A stretch of 64,000 bases of DNA, from the NCBI GenBank assembly GCA_964509645.1, contig CAZDXV010000001.1, positions 15,890 through 79,889 of the forward strand, read 5' to 3'. Under the pieces are notes generated by a model. It was not told the origin of the DNA. It ran no database searches and saw only the letters and a list, made by a program, of their open reading frames with translations. Source of the DNA: an uncultured Candidatus Saccharibacteria bacterium. Lineage in GTDB: Bacteria; Patescibacteriota; Minisyncoccia; Minisyncoccales; GWA2-38-27. The position numbers and the translations under genes were made by a program. This document shows positions 10,071 through 20,600 of this stretch, one piece after another (position 1 is the stretch's first letter; every line of letters begins with the position of its first letter).

Positions 10071-10424
10071 ATGAGTGAGCTAGTGAAAATGTCTGAAAAA
10101 TTGAAGCCCGGAACAAAAGTGCTAATCAACAAAGGAAGAAAGAAAGGAGAGTTTGGCGTAATAATTCCGGACACAGAAAAAGTTTGTTGTAACGACACAA
10201 TTCTTGTTGAGCTGGGTCCTCTCTCTGGCGGGGTTTTTGATCTTAGAGACCTCGAAGTTTTAAAAAGAATCGATTGGAGCGAAGTCAATCTTCGAAGATG
10301 TATGGGGTGTATTTTTGAAACTGCGAGCGGATGCGGAAGATACAAGCGCTGTAGAGGAGATCTTTTGCAGCGCATGGTAGGCTGGATTCCTTCCGGCGTA
10401 CCTCCTCGTTGTAGAAAAAATTAA
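10071..10424 (+). CDS. small hypothetical protein, KOW-like N-terminus plus Cys-rich C-terminal (possible zinc ribbon)
   Basis: Likely start at the ATG at 10071, preceded by aaggatgggag. KPGTKVLINKGRKKGEFGVII resembles a KOW motif; C-terminal CMGC...CGRYKRC. The ORF-track start at 9999 lies inside an upstream hairpin region. Confidence 0.4.
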   Translation: MSELVKMSEKLKPGTKVLINKGRKKGEFGVIIPDTEKVCCNDTILVELGPLSGGVFDLRDLEVLKRIDWSEVNLRRCMGCIFETASGCGRYKRCRGDLLQRMVGWIPSGVPPRCRKN

Positions 10425-10430
10425 AATTAG

Positions 10431-10460
10431 AGCGGTCTTGTTTGAGGCCGCTTTTATTTG
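10431..10460 (+). terminator. rho-independent terminator
   Basis: gcggtc-N8-ggccgc stem followed by TTTTATTTG. Confidence 0.5.
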
Positions 10461-10476
10461 ATTTTAGCTTAATTTT

Positions 10477-13191
10477 ATGTTAAAAAGAGGTATTATGATG
10501 AATATGCAAGGAGGAAATTTTACCCATAAAGCCCAGAAAGCAATACTTTCTTCTCAGAATTCTGCCCAGAATAACGGTCAGCAGCAGGTGGATGCTTTGC
10601 ACTTGCTTAGCGCTTTGCTTTCTCAGCAGGAAAGCATTGTTTTGACGCTGATGGACAAGCTGGGTGTTGACAAGGACAACTTAAAAGAAAAAACGAGAAA
10701 AGCCTTAACTCAAATTTCCAGCGTGTCTGCTGCTAAAGGACAGGGACAGTTCTATCTGACTCAAGATATGGCGAAAGTTTTGGAAAGAGCCAGCAAGGAG
10801 GCTATGAGAATGGGAGATGAGTTTATTTCAGTAGAACATTTGTTTTTAGCTTTATTAGCTGTTGAGACCAAAGCTAAAGAGATTTTAGATAAAGCCACTT
10901 TTGTTAAGGGATCGGGGAGCGCAGGAACTTTGGAGGTCTCCAATCTTGATTATGAAGCGGTTCTCAAAAATTTATCTAAGATAAGAGGCAATTCTAGAAT
11001 TACAGATCCGGATCCTGAGTCCAAATATCAAGTTGTAGAGAGGTACACCAAGAGCCTTGTCTCTCTTGCCAGGCAGGGCAAATTGGACCCTGTTATAGGA
11101 AGAGAAGACGAGATAAGGAGGTTGATGCAGGTTTTGTCTAGAAGGACCAAGAATAATCCTGTCTTGATAGGGGAAGCCGGTGTGGGAAAAACAGCTATTG
11201 TAGAAGGGCTTGCCCAGAGAATAATAAAGGGAAATGTTCCTGAAAGCTTAAAAGATAAAGAAATAATCAGTTTAGATTTGGGTGCCTTAATTGCCGGTAC
11301 AAAATACAGGGGAGAATTTGAAGATAGGGTAAAAGCTTTGCTAAAGGAAGTTGCCAGAGCTTCAGGAAAATACATCCTCTTTATAGACGAGCTTCATACT
11401 CTTGTGGGAGCCGGAGGAGCTGAAGGAGCTATCGACGCTTCCAATCTTTTAAAACCCGCCTTAGCCAGAGGAGAATTGAAGGCTATAGGAGCTACAACCT
11501 TGAAAGAATACCAGAAGTATATAGAAAAAGATACAGCTTTGGAAAGAAGATTCCAGCCTATTTATGTAAAAGAGCCCTCCGTAGAAGATACAGTATCTAT
11601 TTTAAGAGGCATTAAAGAAAAATACGAAGTTCATCACGGCCTTAAGATAAAAGATTCAGCTTTAGTAGCTGCAGCCGAGCTTTCTTCCCGATATATTACA
11701 GACCGGTTTCTGCCGGATAAAGCGGTGGATTTAATGGATGAAGCCATGTCTGCTTTAAGACTGGAAATAGAATCAGAACCCACTAAGCTTGACGATCTTA
11801 AAAAAGAGATTCAGAAGTTGGAAATAGAAAAAGAAGCCATTAAAAAAGAAAAAGGTTCTTCTAAAAGATTGAAGGCCATAAAAAGATCTTTGGCTGATCT
11901 GAAAGAGAAAGCCGAGGAGTTTGAAACCAAGTGGAGGTCAGAGAAAGATCTTATTCATGAGATAAGAAACAAGAAAAAGAAAATAGACGATCTTACCTTT
12001 CAATCAGAGATAGCTCAAAGAGAGGCCGATTTGCAGCAAGTAGCTGAAATAAAATACGGCAAAATTCCAGAGCTTTTAAAAGATATAAGGAAAGCTGAAA
12101 AAAAGCTTGGCAGAATACAAAAAAGCAGGCAGATTCTTAAAGAAGAAGTTTCAGAGGAGGATGTAGCCATAATTGTTTCTCGCTGGACAGGAATCCCCGT
12201 TACCAAGCTTATAGAAGCTGAAGCCAAAAAGCTAGAAAAGATGGAAGATATACTTTCAAAAAGAGTAATAGGGCAGTCAGAAGCGATCTCTGCCACATCT
12301 AACGCTCTAAGAAGGGCAAGAGCCGGGATATCAGAGGAAGATAGGCCTTTGGGTTCTTTTATGTTTTTAGGTCCTACCGGTGTAGGTAAGACGGAAACCG
12401 CTCGCGCCCTAGCTGAGTTTCTTTTTAACGACGAAAACTCCTTAGTTCGCCTTGATATGTCAGAGTATATGGAAAAGCACGCCGTGTCCAAAATGATAGG
12501 TTCTCCTCCTGGTTATGTTGGTTTTGACGAAGGAGGACAGCTTACAGAAAAGATAAGGAGAAGGCCTTACAGCGTTATTCTTTTGGATGAAATTGAAAAA
12601 GCTCATCCAGATGTTTTTAACATCCTTCTTCAGATTTTAGAAGACGGAAGGCTTACTGACGCTAAGGGGAGAACGGCTTCTTTCAAGAACGCTATTTTAA
12701 TAATGACATCCAACATTGGTTCTGAGCATATAGCAAAGATGGGTTCTTTGGGATTTTTGGGAGACAGTAAGGGCCAGGAAAGAGAAAGCTTGAAAGATAA
12801 AGTAATGGGAGCTTTAAAAGAAAGCTTTAGGCCTGAGTTTATAAACAGAATAGATGATATCGTTATATTTAATTATCTGAGCCAAAAAGAGATTAAGCAA
12901 ATTGTAGAACTTGAGATTGATAAAGTCAAAGCTCGTTTAAAGAAGAAAAATATTAAGATAAAGGTTTCAGAAAAAGCCAAAGGTCTTTTAGCGGAGCAAG
13001 GCTTTGATCCTAATCTTGGAGCAAGGCCGCTGAAGAGAATTATTCAGCAGAAGGTTTTAAATCCCTTGTCTTTAAAGATTGTAGCCGGTGTTATAAAGGA
13101 GGGAGAAAGGGTTTTGATTGATGTTGAAAAAAAGAAGATTACAGTAGAAGCTCCTTCTGAAACAAAGAAGAAAACCACTGTTTTAAAATGA
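10477..13191 (+). CDS. clpB: ATP-dependent chaperone ClpB (two AAA+ modules with coiled-coil middle domain)
   Basis: Clp N-domain repeats; Walker [19 protein letters not shown] and [17 protein letters not shown]; [17 protein letters not shown]; long coiled-coil M-domain between the NBDs. Real start possibly a few codons downstream (MMNMQ). Confidence 0.9.
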   Translation: MLKRGIMMNMQGGNFTHKAQKAILSSQNSAQNNGQQQVDALHLLSALLSQQESIVLTLMDKLGVDKDNLKEKTRKALTQISSVSAAKGQGQFYLTQDMAKVLERASKEAMRMGDEFISVEHLFLALLAVETKAKEILDKATFVKGSGSAGTLEVSNLDYEAVLKNLSKIRGNSRITDPDPESKYQVVERYTKSLVSLARQGKLDPVIGREDEIRRLMQVLSRRTKNNPVLIGEAGVGKTAIVEGLAQRIIKGNVPESLKDKEIISLDLGALIAGTKYRGEFEDRVKALLKEVARASGKYILFIDELHTLVGAGGAEGAIDASNLLKPALARGELKAIGATTLKEYQKYIEKDTALERRFQPIYVKEPSVEDTVSILRGIKEKYEVHHGLKIKDSALVAAAELSSRYITDRFLPDKAVDLMDEAMSALRLEIESEPTKLDDLKKEIQKLEIEKEAIKKEKGSSKRLKAIKRSLADLKEKAEEFETKWRSEKDLIHEIRNKKKKIDDLTFQSEIAQREADLQQVAEIKYGKIPELLKDIRKAEKKLGRIQKSRQILKEEVSEEDVAIIVSRWTGIPVTKLIEAEAKKLEKMEDILSKRVIGQSEAISATSNALRRARAGISEEDRPLGSFMFLGPTGVGKTETARALAEFLFNDENSLVRLDMSEYMEKHAVSKMIGSPPGYVGFDEGGQLTEKIRRRPYSVILLDEIEKAHPDVFNILLQILEDGRLTDAKGRTASFKNAILIMTSNIGSEHIAKMGSLGFLGDSKGQERESLKDKVMGALKESFRPEFINRIDDIVIFNYLSQKEIKQIVELEIDKVKARLKKKNIKIKVSEKAKGLLAEQGFDPNLGARPLKRIIQQKVLNPLSLKIVAGVIKEGERVLIDVEKKKITVEAPSETKKKTTVLK

Positions 13192-13871
13192 AAAAAATAG
13201 TTTATTTGATCTTAGCTTTTGTTTTCGGTTCTGCCGGAGGCGTTTTTGCTACTCACATTTTTCAAAATTACTTTATCAAATATGAGAGACCTGTAGAGAT
13301 AGTAGAGAAAAAAGAGATTATTATAGAAGAAAATACAGCCTTGCAAGATAGCGTTTCCCAAATAGAAAAAGCTGTTGTCGGAGTAAGGACTGAAACCTTG
13401 TCGGGGATAATAGAAGGATCTGGTTTGGTTGTAACTACAGACGGCCTGATGGTTACCTTTTCCGACTTAATCCCCAGAGGAGGGGAATTTTCTTTTTACG
13501 TGGAAGGAGAAACTCCTTCCTACCAAGTTTTAAAAAGAGACGAAGAAAGCAATCTTGCCTTAATAAAGCTGGATAAAAACAATTTGGCTACAGTGGGATT
13601 TACCGAGTTTGGAAGTTTAAGATTCGGGCAAAGAGTGTTTTTAATAGGAAAAAGCTTAGAAAAAGGAAAAATTGTTGAAACAGTTAACGAAGGGATTATT
13701 AAAAGATACGATTTAACAGTTATTAAAACAAATATATTAGAGAGCCGGAACCTTGAAGGAAGCCCTTTGTTTAATATCAAGGGTCTTTTGGTAGGATTAG
13801 TTAGGGTTGATTCTTACGGGCAGGTTTCAGCTCTTCCCATTTCCAAGATAAGAGAATTTGCGGGATTTTAA
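13188..13871 (+). CDS. trypsin-like serine peptidase domain protein (small, possibly degenerate, no PDZ)
   Basis: N-terminal TM; [13 protein letters not shown] and LEGSPLFN segments resemble an S1C fold with a GxSxxP-like Ser region. Overlaps the clpB stop by 4 nt. Confidence 0.45.
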   Translation: MKKIVYLILAFVFGSAGGVFATHIFQNYFIKYERPVEIVEKKEIIIEENTALQDSVSQIEKAVVGVRTETLSGIIEGSGLVVTTDGLMVTFSDLIPRGGEFSFYVEGETPSYQVLKRDEESNLALIKLDKNNLATVGFTEFGSLRFGQRVFLIGKSLEKGKIVETVNEGIIKRYDLTVIKTNILESRNLEGSPLFNIKGLLVGLVRVDSYGQVSALPISKIREFAGF

Positions 13872-13872
13872 C

Positions 13873-13901
13873 TTGACAGAATAAAATCTTCTCCTTATAA
13901 T
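13873..13901 (+). promoter_or_regulatory. perfect consensus sigma70 promoter (TTGACA-17-TATAAT)
   Basis: TTGACA at 13873-13878, exact 17-nt spacer, TATAAT at 13896-13901. Predicted TSS ~13908, directly into a 10-bp perfect hairpin (13906-13932) and the GC-rich island. Confidence 0.6.
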
Positions 13902-13986
13902 CAAAACACATCAGGTACGGTGCCTGATGTGTTTTAAATTAGTTCTTTGTCATAACCCGCAAGGCGGGTAGAAAGGAGCAGTCGCG

Positions 13987-14843
13987 ATGAGAGAATCGAC
14001 GGCGCTCAAGATGACCGAAGGCCAAGAAAGAGAGATTGTTCGGCTTTTTGAGGAGGGAGGAAGATGGGCTTTAGGAATTGTTAAAGAGAATTAAGCAGAG
14101 AGGAAGCTCAGGTTATTATCAACAAAGGGAACGAGCTTCGTGAAGATTTCCCTGAACTTCTCAGGAAGCTGGGAAAAGGCAAATTCTCCGACGAAGAAGC
14201 GGAGTCTGACCATGTTTATCCTTCAGGCTACAGCCACAAGGATATCACAGCTCAGACAGATATCCTTCAATCCTTCTTCTCTGGTTTAGGACGAGCCAAA
14301 GAAGAACTGGCAAAAGCTTCTCTTCCCAAGGGAGCAGAAGCCTTTTTCGCCATTCCCCAATGGCAAAAGCTTGGCCAAACTTACGAAGAAGCGGTTGAGA
14401 AGGTTTTCGGGGCTATTGCCTCAAAGAGAGCTTTCCATAGCCTCAGAACCGACTATCTCAGAAGAAACGAAAAAACAGAGAGAATGCTCCAAACCCTGGC
14501 TTAACAGCAAGGAAATCCGGACATCCTTGTGGTTCCCGCCCAATTCGGTCTCAGACACCGAGGAAGGTCTATCAGAAGGGCAAGAGAGATGTTTACAGCC
14601 CAAGAGTTCGGGCTGGGAGCATTCGAAGTGGGGATTATGCTCCTCACTCATCTACACCGCCTGACAGATTACAAAGATCTCTGGGTTGACTGTCCCGGAG
14701 ACGAATATTCTCCGACTGTCGACGGCCAGTTTGTCGACGCATTCTACTTTGGCTTTCACGGCGGTGGGGACGGGTTCTTTGCCCGCTGGGCTGGCAGTGC
14801 CTACGGCCTCTTTGGCTCTGTGTCGGCCTTCCTGCCGCAGTAA
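13987..14843 (+). pseudogene. GC-rich (~50-55%) disrupted coding region of unknown function: SD+ATG at 13987, one frameshift near 14085-14094 and one in-frame TAA at 14502-14504
   Basis: AAGGAG 8 nt upstream of the ATG at 13987. A 35-codon ORF is followed by a 250-codon open frame (14085-14843) with a single stop, far fewer than the ~12 expected by chance at this GC. No start codon in the second segment. Composition very different from the flanking ~33% GC genes. Confidence 0.35.
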
Positions 14844-15149
14844 ATTGGATTTTGGGCTTTGGTTCTTGTCTGGAATCTTGGCTCTTGGATTCAAAATTAA
14901 GGGGCTGCTTGAAAGAGTAGCCCTTTTTGTTTTGGTTGATTAATGTGTTTTAGGGGTTTAGAATGGAATAAAGGGTAAATCCTGGCTAATTTTATGATAA
15001 AAATAGCGGGAATCATTCTCCTTATAGGTTTTATACTGCTTTGTGTGCTAGGTTTTAGGAAGGGATGGGACGATAAAAACAAACAGTTTTAGCAATTTGT
15101 TTTTGACAAAAATTGTTTTTTGGATAGAATAAGCTTGGAACCTTTAAAG

Positions 15150-16235
15150 AACATTCAGTCCTCAAATAGGACACCTGCGATAGGTGTTTTTTTGTTTTGT
15201 AATAGTACCAAAATCTTTTAATGTTTTAAATTGATTATTTTCTAACATTACTTCCAGGGGTGTCTTGTATTTTAAACCTTTTCTCGGCCTGCTGTTGAGT
15301 TTTCTTTCAATTTCTCTGATGTAGCCGTCGCTGTATTTAGAAATGTCGCTGCCTTTGGGAATATATTGCCTGATTAGTTTGTTGATATTTTCAACCCCTC
15401 CTTTTTCCCAGGAATGATAAGGATGGCAGAAGTAAACCGGAGCTCCTAGAAGTTCAGACAATTCCTCGTGTTTTCTGAAAGAGATGTCATTGTCTATGGT
15501 TAGAGAATTAAAACAAACAAATCCACCGGTCATTTCTTTCAGGTAGCGATTAACGACTGCGCAGCTGCGAGTCATTAATCTTTTAATCATCACATACATC
15601 GCTTTTCTTTCGTAAAGGACAATTAATACTCCTTTGCCAGTTTTGTTGGAGACGATGAAGTCTCCTTCCCAATCGCCGAATCTTTGCTTTTTCCCGATTA
15701 TTTCAGGCCTTTCATCAATAAAGACCCTGTTTTTTAGTTGGTTGACTTTTACTCTTCTGCCACTCTTTCTTTTTCTACCTTTGTAGCGAAGATGCTGTTC
15801 CAAAGATCTGCCGTAGACTGAATAGACGAATTTGTAGATGGCTTCCCGGCTGGCGTATTTAATGTGTCTGTCAACTTCTTTTAGTCTGCCGGCTATTTCT
15901 TCTGGCGACCAGTCTGTTTTCAAGTTTTCCTCAACGTAGTTTCTTAATTGTCCATCTTCAACAACTTTCATTCCTTGATATTTGGAATATTTCCTCTTTA
16001 CATAGGCCTTGTGCTGGGCCTTGTAGGGATCATATTTTCCCCTGACGCTGTTTTTAGATATTTCAAGCGAAATGGTGTTGGGGCTTCTTTTGAGTACTTT
16101 GGCAATATCTCTGTTGCTGTACCCTTTCCCTTTTAACAGAGCAATCTCCAGACGCTCTGTTTTTGTTATGTGTTTGTAGTTTCTCATGGCGGTATTTTAC
16201 ACCACCAAGTGTCCTACTTCAAACATGAATTTACG
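15150..16235 (-). mobile_element. IS30-family insertion sequence (single transposase, imperfect terminal inverted repeats)
   Basis: Transposase ORF on the minus strand flanked by similar inverted ends containing TAGGACAC (aaataggacacct near 15165; aagtgtcctactt near 16207). ~1.08 kb, typical IS30 size. Boundaries approximate. Confidence 0.7.
15162..16187 (-). CDS. IS30-family transposase (HTH plus DDE)
   Basis: N-terminal HTH (ERLEIALLKGKGYSNRDIAKVLKRSPNTI); GDWEGDFIVSNK (IS30 GxWEGD motif); downstream D...E catalytic residues; 341 aa. Confidence 0.9.
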   Translation of the reverse strand: MRNYKHITKTERLEIALLKGKGYSNRDIAKVLKRSPNTISLEISKNSVRGKYDPYKAQHKAYVKRKYSKYQGMKVVEDGQLRNYVEENLKTDWSPEEIAGRLKEVDRHIKYASREAIYKFVYSVYGRSLEQHLRYKGRKRKSGRRVKVNQLKNRVFIDERPEIIGKKQRFGDWEGDFIVSNKTGKGVLIVLYERKAMYVMIKRLMTRSCAVVNRYLKEMTGGFVCFNSLTIDNDISFRKHEELSELLGAPVYFCHPYHSWEKGGVENINKLIRQYIPKGSDISKYSDGYIREIERKLNSRPRKGLKYKTPLEVMLENNQFKTLKDFGTITKQKNTYRRCPI

Positions 16236-16563
16236 TTTAAAAAAGGAGAAAGCTCTGGCAGAGGATCGAGTGATTTCGGAGGATAATTTCGTGGAATTGG
16301 TGGGAGAAAAGCTTAACATTTTGCAGTTTTCCCGGACTCTGGATCTTTTTCGAAAATTTGGTCCCAGATTATCATGGGACGTGACTAATGTTTTGCTTTA
16401 TGCCGCAGAGCAGGATAAAGCGCAAGACGTTTTGAATATTCTGGAAAATCATTTTAAAGCAGATCTTTCTTTTCAGCACCCTGATGCAAGGGGGCTGAAC
16501 AAAAGGACAGAGATTATGTTTCACGATCTCTGCGTTAAAACGCTTGGTCTTAAACCCTCTTGA
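16225..16563 (+). CDS. hypothetical protein (possibly 5'-truncated by the IS30 insertion)
   Basis: ORF 16186..16563 begins inside the IS30 terminal repeat. First internal ATG at ~16225 (MNLRL...). No recognisable domain. Confidence 0.3.
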   Translation: MNLRLKKEKALAEDRVISEDNFVELVGEKLNILQFSRTLDLFRKFGPRLSWDVTNVLLYAAEQDKAQDVLNILENHFKADLSFQHPDARGLNKRTEIMFHDLCVKTLGLKPS

Positions 16564-16571
16564 AAGAAAAA

Positions 16572-16600
16572 GAGCTCTCCTACGGGAGAGTTTTTATTTC
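16572..16600 (+). terminator. rho-independent terminator
   Basis: ctctcc-TACG-ggagag stem-loop followed by TTTTTATTT. Confidence 0.6.
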
Positions 16601-16732
16601 TGTCTAGGTCCAGGTACATATGATACAATAGGCATAAGTTTATGTTTAGAAAATCAAAAAGAAAGATAAAAAGAGATATTAAGAAAGAAAATTACCAGAA
16701 AGAGATAATAGATTTTACTAAAGTGAAAAAAA

Positions 16733-16740
16733 GGGGGGGG
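16733..16740. repeat. G8 homopolymer in an AT-rich intergenic region (A7 immediately upstream)
   Basis: aaaaaaagggggggg read directly. Unusual in this low-GC background; ~135 nt upstream of the 16875 gene. Confidence 0.9.
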
Positions 16741-16825
16741 TTAATATTGAAGAGATTCTAAAACGTTTATAGATTTTCTATAGAAGAAAAACTCTTCACA
16801 AAGTTAGTTTTCCACAGGGTTTTGC

Positions 16826-16854
16826 TTGAACCTTGTGTTTTTTGTTTGTAGAAT
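16826..16854 (+). promoter_or_regulatory. sigma70-like promoter for the 16875 gene
   Basis: TTGAAC, 17-nt spacer, TAGAAT. ATG 21 nt downstream. Confidence 0.5.
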
Positions 16855-16874
16855 AGAGAAATTAACTCGTACTT

Positions 16875-17516
16875 ATGACTAAAAAGAAAAAGATTGTTGT
16901 CATATCTTTGTCTATTTTTATTTGGCTTCTTCTTTTTGGAGGAGCTTATTTTCTTTATGAATGGATATACTTTAAAATATCTGAAGGACCTGATCTTTCT
17001 TATGAAAATGAATTTGTGAAGGCAGAAGAGTTTGAGGTTATAGAGAAGCTAGAGGGGAGGTTTGTCAAATGCGAAAAATATTCTTTAAAGGTTAAAGTTC
17101 CCGAGAACTGGACTGTAAAAATTTATAATGGAGTAGCTCTTTATGATCCTAATACTGATGAAGATAATCTGTTAGAAAGCGCGAGGCAGGGAGCTTGCGG
17201 TATGGGAGTTGAGATTTACGAAAATAAAAAAAACAGCTCAGAGTCTACAACCTATGCTGATTATTTGAATAAATTGATTAAATCCTTGGAGAATAGCGGA
17301 CCCCGAGAAGATTCAGAAAGCAGAGAAGAGGTTGTCCTAATTGATGGAAACAAAGGGATTAAGAAAACTTTGTTTCATGAAGAAAAGGTTTCTTTTGTTA
17401 ATATAGAAATGCCTATAAATCAGACAATTTATGGTTTTACGAGTGGTTTTATTGGTTCAGAAAAATGTGTTGATGCTTTTAATAGCATTATGGAAACTGT
17501 AGAGATTAATAAATAG
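16875..17516 (+). CDS. hypothetical membrane-anchored extracytoplasmic protein
   Basis: N-terminal Lys-rich signal anchor (KKKKIVVISLSIFIWLLLFGGAYFLY), then a soluble domain with two Cys. Confidence 0.45.
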   Translation: MTKKKKIVVISLSIFIWLLLFGGAYFLYEWIYFKISEGPDLSYENEFVKAEEFEVIEKLEGRFVKCEKYSLKVKVPENWTVKIYNGVALYDPNTDEDNLLESARQGACGMGVEIYENKKNSSESTTYADYLNKLIKSLENSGPREDSESREEVVLIDGNKGIKKTLFHEEKVSFVNIEMPINQTIYGFTSGFIGSEKCVDAFNSIMETVEINK

Positions 17517-17604
17517 TTCTTTTATAGCTCTTTCTAATAGTTCTTTAAGATAAGAATATCAAGCTTTATAGAAATTAGATTCTAAAACTAACCTTGATTT
17601 ATTT

Positions 17605-20600
17605 GTGCGGATTTTAGCTAAAAGAGCAATTTCCTATGCTTTTCTTTTAATTTTTATAGGCAGTTTTTTGTTTTTGCCTAAAATTGGAATAGCTAAGGAA
17701 ATTTCGGTAGAAGATTTGATCGCCAATTCAGAGAAAATACAGCTAGAAGAGGACGAGGGAAAGCATATATTAAGATCTCTTCTACAAGAACTTCATGATG
17801 AATGGGAAGCTGTTGTAGTAGAAGGAGGAGAGAAAGTTAAAGAAAAGGAAGTTATTTTACTTGCAGTAAAGAAAGCTGTTCAAAAAGATTTATTCAATTA
17901 TGTATTTTTAGAGGCCCCTAAAGAAATAGGGAAAGAAATTATTAAAATAGGGGCGAAAATAGTAGCTATAGTTTGGGGGGGAGATCCTTCTACTATTACC
18001 AAAGAGGCTTTAGAGGAAATAGAGAAATTATCTGTAGAGAAGGCAAAAGAATATGTGATGGAGTGGCTTCTACAGAATCAGATTAAAGTTATTGGGGGAA
18101 ATCTTTCTGTTTCTTATTACTCTCTTAAAGCAGAGTTTCAGCATATCATTATCTATAGACCGGTAGCTGTTAATGAGGGAAGAGTAAATATTAGTATCTA
18201 CTCTTCTTCTGTTATTAATAACATTCCTTATCCTGGACCTTATTTTCAATGGGAAGGAGGCATAGATAAATTACCTCCCTTTATACTTGAAATAGAAGGA
18301 ATGGTTAAGAAAGATAGATATGGAAGCTATGTTTGGACAGAGGGACCTGAAATGAACTACATATTTGATCAGAGGGTGCCAGAGTTTACTTTTAAAGAGA
18401 TTGGCTTTTTTGATAAGTGGAGAGCTGAAATAAAGAAGAGTCTGTTGGCTTTTGATAAATTGAAGGGAATAATAGAGGAAATAAGCAAAAAAGGGCAGGA
18501 ATACGGAGGAGATTTCTGGGAGGAATTTAGGTCTGTTCTATCTGATTTAAATCCATTTCAGGCTACAGTTAATCCAGAAAACCTTTTTCCGGAAGGCTAC
18601 TCGGAAGTAGATTTTTCTGAAATTGAAGCAGAAGAGCCTTCTTCTGAGACTCCTCAAGAAGATTCAGAGGTAGAAGAACTAGAAAAAGAACCGGAAGAGG
18701 AACTGGATCAAGAATCCGGGGAAGTTTTAGAAAAAGAAGGAAAATCAAGACAGGATGTTATGGATGATATTTTAGAAAGAATAGATATTTTAAACAGCAG
18801 GATTGATAAATTAAATCAAAAAAATGAAGATAGTGGTTCTGGAGAGGAGAAACAAGAAGAGAAGGAGGATAGAGATTATGAAGAAGACGAAAAAGAGGAA
18901 GAAGAAGACGAAGAAGAGGAAGATGATGAAGAAGACGAAGAGGAAAACCAAGAGGAAAGCAATACAGGAGGAGGCGGAGGATCTTCAGAGCCTGATTATT
19001 GTAATATTCCGGCCTCAGATCCTTCGAAAGAAAGGGTAATTTTAAACGAAATAGCTTGGATGGGAACAGAATCTTCTTCTAATGATGAATGGATTGAGCT
19101 TAAGAATATTTCAGATGAAGCTGTTAATGTAAACGGATGGCAGATTATAGACAGGGACGGACAGATAAAGGAAATTTTAGTTTCTAAAGAGCTTCAGCCA
19201 GGAGAATTCTATCTTTTAGAAAGAACAGACGATAGTTCGGTTCCAACTGTTTTAGCCGATCTTATTTACACAGGAGGTTTAAACAATACAAATGAGGCTC
19301 TTTATCTTTTTGACAATAATTGTCAGCTTCAAGATAAAGTAGAAGCTGATCCTGATTGGCCGGCAGGCAACAACGAGAATAAAAAAACAATGGAAAGGGG
19401 ACCGGATTTGAATTGGCATACTTTTTCAGGAGAGGGCAATGGAACGCCGAAATCGGAGAATAGCTCTCTTCTTTCTGTAGCTGTTTTAGATGTTTCACCT
19501 AAAACCCTTTTATTTGAAAGTAAATCATCTTCTTCTGCAATAATAAGAGTAGACACCAAGGGGAAGAATCTGGGGTGGACTGCCAGTTCTTCTGCGGCAT
19601 GGCTTGAGATAAACCCTGTTTCCGCTACCAGTTCTCAGGATGTTAGCGTATCGGTTGACTGCGGTAATTTATCTCCAGGCGATTATTCTGCCGATATTAT
19701 CTTTTCAACAGAGGATTTGGAAGAAACAGTAGAAATTGACTTAATTGTTGAGCCGGAGATAAAACCTTTAGATCATTTAGTTATTTCAGAGGTTCAACTG
19801 GGAGATAAAGAGTTTGTAGAACTTTACAATCCAAAAAACCAGGATATAGACCTTTCTTCCTTTTACTTCTCTTATTACTCTTCCAGTAGAGAAGAGTGGA
19901 ATAATCCTTATCGCAACAAACAGTTTTCTGCAAGCTCAACTATCTCTGCCAAGGGGCATTATTTAATAGGATTTAAGGGCTACCCTGATGTTTTAGGCAA
20001 TCCTGCTAGCGATTGGCAGATTTATTCTTCTTCCCAATTAAGCGACTCTGAAGGAAGTATAGCTATATTTCCTTGGAATCCTTTAGAAAAGTCCTCAGAA
20101 GAGGCGGAAGAAGGAAGAATAGATGCAGTAGGCTGGGGAAATGTTTCTATAAAAGAAGGCGAGAGTTGCGGTTCTGTCTCTGAGGGAAAAAGCTTAAATA
20201 GAATTAACGGGCAGGATACAGATTTTAACAGTTTTGACTTTGAGGAAAAAGAACCAACTCCCATTAATTCAAAAAATGAAACGTATTCTATTCCTTCTTC
20301 TGATAAGTTTGCCTGGCCCATGATTCAACAAAATCCAAAACATACAGGCAGGAGCAAGCATTCTATTCCAGAAAACTTGGAAGAAAAATGGAGTTTGGTT
20401 TTAGAAGACTCTATTTCAGGAAGGAACATAGGAGCGAGTTATCAGCCGATAATAGGAAAAGATGACATTGTTTATTATGTTTTAAGAGAGTCCTCAGACA
20501 ATGTTTGGGGCAGAATTTGTGCTGTAGATCCAAACGGCAATAGAAAATGGAGTTATGAACTAGATGGAGATTTTCCTTATGCACCAAGTATAGGTTCGGA

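Noticed and set aside
14480-14560. RNase P RNA in the GC-rich island
   Set aside because: aggaaatccggacatcc resembles the P4 AGGAAAGUCCGGGCUCC motif with an indel and mismatches, but the partner CR-V ACAGAAnCCGGCUUA element and the rest of the fold are missing. Treated as coincidence.
14371-15082. Individual ORF-track calls inside the GC-rich island (14371-14664, 14421-14651 minus, 14652-14894 minus, 14686-14943, 14897-15082 minus)
   Set aside because: Overlapping ORFs in all six frames are expected in stop-poor GC-rich DNA. Only the frame continuous with the SD+ATG at 13987 was retained, as a pseudogene.
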